Assembly (NCBI GenBank): GCA_001189075.1
Contig: LFCN01000006.1
Coordinates: 237,219 to 301,218, forward strand
Direction: 5' to 3'
Source: Parcubacteria bacterium C7867-004
GTDB taxonomy: Bacteria > Patescibacteriota > Minisyncoccia > Phycocordibacterales > Phycocordibacteraceae
Length of the DNA: 64,000 nt
A program made the position numbers and the translations under genes. How positions within the stretch are numbered: the stretch's first letter is position 1; the number at the start of each line of letters is the position of its first letter. The notes beneath the pieces are model-generated. The model saw only the letters and a program-made list of their open reading frames with translations, was not told where the DNA came from and did no database searches. Positions 56,658 through 64,000 of this stretch are shown piece by piece.

Positions 56658-57837
56658 TAATGGAGGTCTTCTGTGCACGAGGAATAGCAACCTGATGTAT
56701 GCCGATAGTTGCAATAACGCCGAGCGCTGCGATCAAGGCGCCTGCAATAAGGAAGAAGATGAGGTAGTTTCCGGCGAAGAGGATGATGCTCGCGAACACT
56801 GGGGCGATAAGCGCCGATAGGGGGCGCGTCATGCGAAATACGCTGATGGTATTCGCATCCCGCTCCGAGACCCTGCGGAAGAAGTGACTCTCCACCATGC
56901 TCTCGACGAGCGCCGCGCCGATGCGACTTATAAAGAGTATGGCGACGATAATTTCTACCGGTGTGGTGGTATCAACGAAGCCGATTGCTGCGAACGCCAC
57001 GCCCGCGATAAGGAACCCGGCTATGAGCATGCCCTTGTCCCCGAGATACCGATCCGCAAGCCAGCCTGCGGGGTACTCAACGAAGACGAACGGTAGCAGC
57101 ATAATGGCGAAGATCCACCCGAGTTGTTCCCACGGCATGCCGAGTACCGTGTGAAGATATAGCGGGATATAGAGCGGCGCGAGGTGATAGAAGAACTGGA
57201 GGACCGCGTTGCCGAGTGCGGCCGCACGCAGATCGGCATCCTTCCAGATGCACGCGCACGTCATCCCAACCGCGCTGAATACCGGCGGCTGGCCTTCAGG
57301 AAGCGGCTCGATAAGAAAGAGCGCAATAAACGGTGCGAGCGAGAGGCTCGCAACCAGGAATACGAGGGAGTATCGCTCGCTATCATCGAGCAGGAAGCCT
57401 ATCGCGATTGGCGCCATTATGAGCGCCAGGTTGCCGGCGGTAAGGAAGGCGGTACGGACCCGGCCGGTAGTGCTCTCGCCACGCATGGTTGCCTCAAGGA
57501 GGAGGTCGAGTTGATACGCGATGAGCGGCGATAGTGCGCAGGAGAGCGCGATGCAGGCAATAGCGAGCACCATCATCGGCGCACCAGCCAGCAGGAACAG
57601 GTTCACCGACTGGAGGAACGCGAGGATGATAACCAACCGCTTCGCGCCGAACTTACACACGAGTCGCGGCATGAACGGGAATACGCTGAGCGTGATGATC
57701 GCACCGAGTGAGACAACAAGACCGGCTTGTGCGGCCGGCATGAAGAGCGCGAGGTAGGGCGCGATGATATAGACGATCAAGAAGAAGTGCGCGGCACTAA
57801 AAAAGTTACCGACCGAAAGGATCAAGCGCGGGTGCAT
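56626..57837 (-). CDS. MFS transporter
   Basis: 403 aa with 12 TM helices. Confidence 0.85.
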   Translation of the reverse strand: MHPRLILSVGNFFSAAHFFLIVYIIAPYLALFMPAAQAGLVVSLGAIITLSVFPFMPRLVCKFGAKRLVIILAFLQSVNLFLLAGAPMMVLAIACIALSCALSPLIAYQLDLLLEATMRGESTTGRVRTAFLTAGNLALIMAPIAIGFLLDDSERYSLVFLVASLSLAPFIALFLIEPLPEGQPPVFSAVGMTCACIWKDADLRAAALGNAVLQFFYHLAPLYIPLYLHTVLGMPWEQLGWIFAIMLLPFVFVEYPAGWLADRYLGDKGMLIAGFLIAGVAFAAIGFVDTTTPVEIIVAILFISRIGAALVESMVESHFFRRVSERDANTISVFRMTRPLSALIAPVFASIILFAGNYLIFFLIAGALIAALGVIATIGIHQVAIPRAQKTSIISLEAGTVGS

Positions 57838-57930
57838 TACGAATATTTTAGCATCCTGGTTGTCCGAATTGGCACAAAAGAAACATGCCGCACGAGGTGC
57901 GGCATGTTTCTTTGCGAGACGTTGGGTAAC

Positions 57931-59886
57931 TTACACTCCGATAAGAACCGGAATAACCATCGGCGCCTTGTTGGTCCTCGTGAAGAGGTACCCGCTCATG
58001 GTGTCGGAGAGCGCATTCTTCACGAAGTCGAGGTCGACGGGGTCCATACCCTCGGTAGAGTCCTCCACGGTCTTCTTGATGAGAAGGCGCGCCTGATTGA
58101 GCATGTCCTGGCTCTCGCGCAGGTACACGAATCCGCGGGAGATGATGTCCGGAGACTTGCGGAGCTTGCCGGTCTTGAGGTTTACGGTCGCGATAATCAC
58201 GAACATGCCGTCCTTGGCAAGCATCTGGCGGTCGCGGATGACCACCTCCTGCATATCGCCGATGGAGAACCCATCGACAACAAGCGGGGCGGACGGGACC
58301 TTCTCCTTGTGCCAGAAGAGCTTCTCGCCGTTCTCGACGATGTCGATGACGCTGCCGTTATCGGCGAGGATGATGCTCTCGCGCGGGCGTCCTGCCTGCT
58401 CAACTGCTTTGGCGTGGCAACTGGTCATGGAGTAGTAGCCGTACGCAGGCATGAAGAACTTTGCGCCCACCTGCTGGTTGATCCAGATGAGCTCGCCGGT
58501 GTTGCCGTGCCCGGTCGAGTGAACGTCCGAGGAACGGTAGTGGATGAGCGTCACGCCGTTGCGGTAGAGGTTGTCCTTCAGCTTCTGGACGCTGATCTCA
58601 TTGCCCGGGATAACCGAGGACGAGAGGACAATGGTGTCGCGGTTCGTGAGTTGTATGTTCTTGTGCTGCTTGGTCGCGATGCGCATGAGGGCAGCGAACT
58701 CCTCGCCCTGTGCGCCGGTAGCGAGCACGACGATCTTGTCGGGAGGGTAATCGCCGATCTCCTGCGCGCTGATGAGCGTATCTTTCTTTACGGTGAGAAG
58801 GCCGGTCTTCTGCGCGATCTCGAGGTTCGTCTTTATCGAGCGGCCCTCGGTCACGATCTTCTTCCCGAGGCTCTCCGCGATCTGGATGATACGGACCATG
58901 CGCTCGAACTGCGACGCGAAGGTGCCGATGATGAGGCGGCCCTGCACCGTCTTAATGATCTCCTCGAGAGTCTCGTGCACCTTGCGCTCAGGCACCGAGA
59001 ACCCGTCGCGCTCGGCGTTGGTCGAGTCGGCGATGAAGAGGAGGTTCTTCTGACTGCCTAACGCTCCCCATTTCTTTGCCTCGGCTTCCGTCGGGATGCC
59101 ATTGTTGTGATCAAGCTTGAGGTCGCCGGTAGCGATGACGTTTCCGTACGGGGTCGAGATTGCGATACCCATCGAATCGGGAATGGAGTGTGTAACGGGG
59201 AAGAACTGGACCTTCGTATTGCTGATGGTCATGGTGCTCCCTGGCTCTACCGTGACGATATCGAGCTCCGGCATATCCGGATATTCTTCCTGGCGCTTCT
59301 TGATCATCACCGCGGAAAGGTTCTGCGTGTAGATGGTCGGGTTGCCGAAGCGGTTCATCAGGAACGGGATGCCGCCGATGTGGTCGAGGTGGCCGTGGGT
59401 TATGAATACGCCCTTGATGCGATCCTGGTTCTTCTCGAGGTACTTCGTGTTCGGAAGGACGTAGTCGACGCCCGGAGAGGTGTCCTCGGAGACGAACTGG
59501 AAGCCGACATCGAAGATGAAGATATCGTTGTTCGTCTCGATGGTGAACATGTTGCGTCCGACCTCCTCGACGCCGCCGAGCGGGACGACGCGGACGACGT
59601 CCTTGGCAGGCGCTTCAGGATAATAATCGGCTACTTTCTTCTCGCGCGGTGGACCGCTGCGATCGGGTGCACCGCCGCTTTGGCGGCGGACAGGACGGCG
59701 AAGAGTACGATTGCCTCCTCCACGAGGGGGGCGGGAACCGTCACTGCGTGGTGCGCCGCTGTTCGGGCGCGGACCGCGGTCACGCGGAGGGCGTCCGCTA
59801 TCGCGCGGAATGCGCGGTTGCTCTGATTGTGATGCCGGTTGAGGGCGGGGGCTTGGCGCCGGAGCCGGCGCGGGTGCTGCTGACAT
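57931..59886 (-). CDS. rnj: ribonuclease J (metallo-β-lactamase/β-CASP) with disordered RP/G-rich N-terminal extension
   Basis: HxHxDH (ITHGHLDHIGG) and β-CASP motifs. ~110-aa APAPAP / RPPR low-complexity N-terminus. ORF extends to 59937. Confidence 0.9.
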   Translation of the reverse strand: MSAAPAPAPAPSPRPQPASQSEQPRIPRDSGRPPRDRGPRPNSGAPRSDGSRPPRGGGNRTLRRPVRRQSGGAPDRSGPPREKKVADYYPEAPAKDVVRVVPLGGVEEVGRNMFTIETNNDIFIFDVGFQFVSEDTSPGVDYVLPNTKYLEKNQDRIKGVFITHGHLDHIGGIPFLMNRFGNPTIYTQNLSAVMIKKRQEEYPDMPELDIVTVEPGSTMTISNTKVQFFPVTHSIPDSMGIAISTPYGNVIATGDLKLDHNNGIPTEAEAKKWGALGSQKNLLFIADSTNAERDGFSVPERKVHETLEEIIKTVQGRLIIGTFASQFERMVRIIQIAESLGKKIVTEGRSIKTNLEIAQKTGLLTVKKDTLISAQEIGDYPPDKIVVLATGAQGEEFAALMRIATKQHKNIQLTNRDTIVLSSSVIPGNEISVQKLKDNLYRNGVTLIHYRSSDVHSTGHGNTGELIWINQQVGAKFFMPAYGYYSMTSCHAKAVEQAGRPRESIILADNGSVIDIVENGEKLFWHKEKVPSAPLVVDGFSIGDMQEVVIRDRQMLAKDGMFVIIATVNLKTGKLRKSPDIISRGFVYLRESQDMLNQARLLIKKTVEDSTEGMDPVDLDFVKNALSDTMSGYLFTRTNKAPMVIPVLIGV

Positions 59887-60001
59887 ATGGTAAATGATTA
59901 GTTTGCTAGTTGTGGTTGTGCACGGGTCGACTGACACGAGTGCGCAATGGGCAGTCCGTAGGAGAGAAGGGGACGTATCCGGCTTCGCTATGGACTATCT
60001 A

Positions 60002-61732
60002 CTACTCACTCGCCGGAACCAGGAATGGCCATACGTACTCGCTTTCCCGGTACCAGGTGCTGACGTCGTTGAATCGGTCAGACGGCGAGGTTATCTGCGG
60101 AAGGCGGACCCCGTACACGCTCTTAGGTACAGCATACAGGAAGTCGGGGGCATGCGTAAAGGCGGCGGGGAAATCGAGCGCAATAGCGTCCGAAATACGC
60201 TGCAGAGCAGCCTGCTTTGCTTCAGGGTCGAGCTCGGTGCGCGCGTCATCGAGGAGGCCATCCACCGTCTTATTCGCGTATGCGGCGATGTTGAGGCCGG
60301 GGTCCTGACGCTCGCCAGAGTCCCAGAACGCGTACAGATCCTGGTCGCGTCCGATAACCATGCCGAAGAGAAGCGCTTCATAGGCGCGCGGACGTATTAC
60401 GTCGCTTGCGAGGTCTCCCGGCTCATAGAGCTCGACTTCTACTGGCACGCCGAGCGCCTCCCAGTCGCTCTCGATCTCGGCAGCAATAGCCTTGAGTTCG
60501 GGAACGTTCGAGGTCTTGAGCGTGATGGAGGGGAGGGTAATCTTCTCCTTCGCGTTCGACCATAGGCCGGTCTCGGGATCCTGTGCCCAGCCTCCGTCCG
60601 TAAGGGCAGCTTTTGCGAGCTCGACGCTATTGCCTTCCGGTAGTGCCGGCTGCGTTACGCTGCTACCAGGCGGTACGGGACCCATCAGCGCAGTTGCATA
60701 CCCGCCGAGTATGTCGTTCACGATGCGCGTACGATCAACCGCGAGCGAAAGCGCTTCCCGCACTTCACGCCTCGCAAACGCGGGGTTCTGGTCGCTGTTG
60801 AAGAATGCGCCGAAGACGCGCGAATAGGGAGCACGCAGCGCAGTATCGCTCGCAATGCCGTGCGCGCTCTCGATGCTCCCTGACTTATACGCGCTTTGGA
60901 GCGCCTGCAGATCATCAAAAAACTTCACCCGGATGCGGTCGAGGTACGGCTTCCCGAGCACGTACTTTGCGAACGGCTTGAGCTCTATCTCCTTGATGCT
61001 GCCGTCACTTCCGCGTGCCACATTCGCGATCTGGAACGGACCTGCTCCCACCGGTTTCGTCATAAGTGGGGAGAAGGGGAATTCGTCCGCGGGAATGTTT
61101 CGCCAGAGGTGCGCCGGAAGGATACCGAGCGTAGTGTCGATAAGGAACGGTGCGTACGGTTTCGGCAGTAGGAACCGGACGGTGCGTGCATCCACGACAT
61201 CCGCCTTAATGCTCGCCCAGTTCGCAAGCTCGGGGCTCTTAAGTGCTGGATCCTGCGCCCGTTCGATGGTGAAGACGACATCGTCCGCGGTTACGGGCGT
61301 TCCGTCGGAGAAGCGTGCATCCTCCCGTATCACGAACACGTATTCTTTCCCGTCTTCGGACACACTGTAGCTTTCTGCAAGTACCAGCTGGAGCATACCG
61401 TCGCCGTCCACTTTCATGAGGCCCGCGTACGTGAGCGCAGTGAGATCACGATCGGCGTCCGAAAGTGCGAGCAGGGGATTCACGAATCGGGGAGAGCCGA
61501 TGATGCCTTCGGTGAGCGTTCCGCCATGAGCAGGTACGCGCACGAGGACTGAGCGCTCGAGTGCGAACAAGGCTATAAGGCTCGACGCCACGATAAGCGC
61601 GCCGAGGAACCCGAGAATGAGCTTGTCGCCGGGGCGTAGTCCGCATATGTGCGCGGAAAGCCATTCGAACGCCGGAACATGCCTGCGCCTGGTTAGTACG
61701 GAAAAGAGGGTAGAGAGTCGCGGGAGCGACAT
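60002..61732 (-). CDS. ABC transporter substrate-binding protein (family 5, peptide/nickel-type) with N-terminal TM anchor
   Basis: ~575 aa. Cluster-C SBP-like length and motifs. Start taken at MSLPRL to avoid overlapping secG. Confidence 0.75.
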   Translation of the reverse strand: MSLPRLSTLFSVLTRRRHVPAFEWLSAHICGLRPGDKLILGFLGALIVASSLIALFALERSVLVRVPAHGGTLTEGIIGSPRFVNPLLALSDADRDLTALTYAGLMKVDGDGMLQLVLAESYSVSEDGKEYVFVIREDARFSDGTPVTADDVVFTIERAQDPALKSPELANWASIKADVVDARTVRFLLPKPYAPFLIDTTLGILPAHLWRNIPADEFPFSPLMTKPVGAGPFQIANVARGSDGSIKEIELKPFAKYVLGKPYLDRIRVKFFDDLQALQSAYKSGSIESAHGIASDTALRAPYSRVFGAFFNSDQNPAFARREVREALSLAVDRTRIVNDILGGYATALMGPVPPGSSVTQPALPEGNSVELAKAALTDGGWAQDPETGLWSNAKEKITLPSITLKTSNVPELKAIAAEIESDWEALGVPVEVELYEPGDLASDVIRPRAYEALLFGMVIGRDQDLYAFWDSGERQDPGLNIAAYANKTVDGLLDDARTELDPEAKQAALQRISDAIALDFPAAFTHAPDFLYAVPKSVYGVRLPQITSPSDRFNDVSTWYRESEYVWPFLVPASE

Positions 61733-61742
61733 ACGAAAGGGG

Positions 61743-61973
61743 TTAGAGGAAGAACCCGGCAGCAGCCGAAAGCACGAAGAGAACGGCGAGCACAATCGTA
61801 GCATTGAACAGGAACTTCTCAGCGCCGCGGCGCTTGTAGAAGGTCGAAGCGAAATTGTCGCCACCGAAGGCGCCGCCAAGGGACGCGCCGCGGTTCTGCA
61901 GCACGATTCCCGCTATGAGGAGCACCGCGAGCGTTATCTCGATGTAGGGCAAAAGGCCTATAATAGTCTGCAT
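61743..61973 (-). CDS. secG: preprotein translocase subunit SecG
   Basis: MQTIIGLLPYIEITLAVLLIAGIVLQNRGASLGGAFGG..., two TM helices. Classic SecG. Confidence 0.7.
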   Translation of the reverse strand: MQTIIGLLPYIEITLAVLLIAGIVLQNRGASLGGAFGGDNFASTFYKRRGAEKFLFNATIVLAVLFVLSAAAGFFL

Positions 61974-62063
61974 CTTGGTGGGGAGGATAGCATGGATAGG
62001 GGCCGGTTTCAAGGTTGTCTAGGCGGGTTCGATACCTGCTCTGCCAACATAAGTGTATAAATA

Positions 62064-62091
62064 AAAAGAAGCCGCCCGGACGCGACAGGAA
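62064..62091 (-). terminator. intrinsic terminator for gene 62114..62563
   Basis: On the minus strand, GCCCGGAatattcctgtcgcgTCCGGGC is followed by a T-run. Confidence 0.6.
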
Positions 62092-62113
62092 TATTCCGGG
62101 CGACTCCAGACGG

Positions 62114-62563
62114 CTACAAATAGGACGGCGGAGACTCTACTCCAGCCTCCCGCTGCCATTGGTCTTGAAGGATCAGGTCGCGCGCCACGCAGACGATGAC
62201 CTGCGTCGCTACTCTCGCGAGAAGGCCATGGCCGTTAAACGAGTGCATGTAGAAATTGGGCGCCGGGAGGTGAACGAATCCGGTTTGATGACGGAATCGC
62301 GCACCAGGGATCTTTTCTCCAGGGAGATGAGCACCATGCGGCGTCCCGTACGCACAGATGCGCCCGAGCGTCTCGTTGCTCATCTCGTATGCCTTCTGCT
62401 GGATTAGCAGATGAAGCTGCTCGTAGAGCTTGTGAGCATCAGCTCCCTTATCCCGCTCTCGGTGGGCGCGAAGTAGTCTCACTCCCACGACGTGCTTGGT
62501 CAGGTTGATGATGTAGTCCCCGTCTTGGACCCACGGTTCCGCGACCGTAATGGACATACTCAT
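62114..62563 (-). CDS. hypothetical protein (His-rich; downstream of repeat copy 5)
   Basis: 149 aa. GAGGGAT RBS. ~200-nt leader starting at a TTGACT...TAAATAT promoter next to the degenerate 25-nt element. Confidence 0.45.
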   Translation of the reverse strand: MSMSITVAEPWVQDGDYIINLTKHVVGVRLLRAHRERDKGADAHKLYEQLHLLIQQKAYEMSNETLGRICAYGTPHGAHLPGEKIPGARFRHQTGFVHLPAPNFYMHSFNGHGLLARVATQVIVCVARDLILQDQWQREAGVESPPSYL

Positions 62564-62768
62564 GTTTATCCCTCGGTAAGAGATTTCCCACTATCTGAAT
62601 GAATCGAGTAGCTCAGCATTGAGCAGTTCGATACAAGGCAGAGTGACCTTGTTAGTGGCCCAGCAGGCCGAAGCAAGCTGATGTGGAGTATATTTACATA
62701 AAAAACGAATAAGTCAAGTATCATACCCCGCGGCCAGTACTCGAGTAGGATTTTAATAATTTATTAAA

Positions 62769-62792
62769 AGTTCTAACTTCGTCCCAGACACC
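62769..62792 (-). repeat. degenerate 25-nt element, copy 5
   Basis: aGTTCtAACtTCGTcCCAGACACC. Same orientation relative to the minus-strand promoter as copies 1-4. Confidence 0.5.
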
Positions 62793-62815
62793 AAGCCGCG
62801 CTACACTGCACGTAT

Positions 62816-63034
62816 ATGGCACTTGGACGACTCATTTCAAACCGGTTCACGAACGAGAAGGGGAATGACATATATGTGCGAGCCAAGGAAGAACCGATAG
62901 GAGGGGTTCCGGGCATCCTGCTCTATATCGCCGGTCCAGATTCTGATAGCGAGATGCACGTTACGCGACAGGAAGGTCTTGAACTCCTCGCAGTACTGTC
63001 GAAACTCCTGAAGACCGGTCGCAGGAGCGCGTAA
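62816..63034 (+). CDS. hypothetical small protein
   Basis: 72-aa ORF. Weak support. Confidence 0.3.
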   Translation: MALGRLISNRFTNEKGNDIYVRAKEEPIGGVPGILLYIAGPDSDSEMHVTRQEGLELLAVLSKLLKTGRRSA

Positions 63035-63048
63035 GCATACGAGCCCAT

Positions 63049-63077
63049 TTGACGCTCCCGAAGGGGATTCATATACT
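63049..63077 (+). promoter_or_regulatory. sigma70-like promoter upstream of groES
   Basis: TTGACG, 17 nt, TATACT. A GCGAGaaaaCTCGC inverted repeat lies downstream. No canonical CIRCE seen. Confidence 0.45.
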
Positions 63078-63163
63078 GGGGATAACTTCGGGGCGAGAAA
63101 ACTCGCGTCGAGTAGGGAATTAATCGTTTTCTCTTTACTAACCGTTCAGCGAATATCTTTCCT

Positions 63164-63475
63164 ATGGCTACACCAGCAAAAACGCTCTCTATCAAGCCGC
63201 TTGGCGATCGCGTCGTCGTCCAGCCGATACAGAAAGACGAAGTGTCAAGCTCCGGCATCATCATTCCCGACACGCTTAAACCAGAAAAGCCGGAGCGGGG
63301 AACTGTGGTTGCGGCTGGTCCCGGCAAGTACGGCGACGAGGGCGACCTCATCCCTATGACGGTTAAGGTCGGCGACAAGGTCCTCTTCTCCAAGTACGGC
63401 TATGACGAAGTGAAGATAGACGGCACGGAATACTACATCCTCTCCGAGTCGAACGTGCTTGCGGTCCTCAAGTAA
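63164..63475 (+). CDS. groES: co-chaperonin GroES
   Basis: IKPLGDRVVV...GIIIPDT...KPERGTVVAVG is the canonical GroES sequence. Confidence 0.95.
   Translation: MATPAKTLSIKPLGDRVVVQPIQKDEVSSSGIIIPDTLKPEKPERGTVVAAGPGKYGDEGDLIPMTVKVGDKVLFSKYGYDEVKIDGTEYYILSESNVLAVLK

Positions 63476-64000
<525 letters not shown>

Noticed and set aside
61733-61879. N-terminal 49-codon extension of the substrate-binding protein ORF
   Set aside because: It overlaps secG in another frame, has odd S/L/R-rich composition, and an internal Met precedes the TM anchor.
62011-62040. tRNA T-arm/acceptor-like fragment GGCGGGTTCGATACCTGCTCTGCCAACA upstream of secG (possible att-site remnant)
   Set aside because: No D-arm, anticodon arm or complementary 5' acceptor strand is present upstream. 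An isolated T-loop-like 11-mer is probably chance, and I see no integrase nearby.

Overview
This looks like a gene-dense (~90 % coding) bacterial chromosomal segment of moderately high GC. Many small, membrane-anchored hypothetical proteins and a zinc-ribbon/Lys-tail protein hint at a Patescibacteria/CPR-like or similarly reduced organism, but I cannot verify that. Housekeeping anchors are typA/bipA, a DEAD-box helicase, RNase J, secG, groES-groEL (partial at the 3' edge), an RND efflux pair, MltG and a PIF1/RecD-like helicase. Most of the rest encodes extracytoplasmic redox, metal and oxidative-stress functions: rubredoxin, ApbE with a split NOX/MsrQ-like pair, a CcdA/TlpA operon led by a methionine-rich protein, NlpE, a YcnI-like protein with a CopC-CopD fusion, a DsbB plus two DsbA block, msrA/hemerythrin/msrB, bcp, and two Fe-S-less HhH-GPD glycosylases. 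There are no rRNA or tRNA genes, CRISPR arrays or recognisable transposases. The likely accessory part is ~28.7-38.9 kb. (i) 28.7-31.7 kb is a GC-rich two-gene membrane module (a polytopic coiled-coil membrane protein plus a membrane-anchored vWA-like protein) behind a strong promoter and a nested-hairpin leader. (ii) 33.9-36.3 kb is a stand-alone RloC/PrrC-like AAA_13 ATPase with a zinc hook and an anticodon-nuclease-like C-terminus. (iii) 36.6-38.9 kb is an array of four small same-strand genes, each with its own terminator and promoter and each preceded by the same 25-nt element; a fifth, degenerate copy lies at 62.77 kb. All coordinates and start choices come from reading the sequence by eye together with the ORF track. 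Family assignments rest on motif recognition, not on searches.
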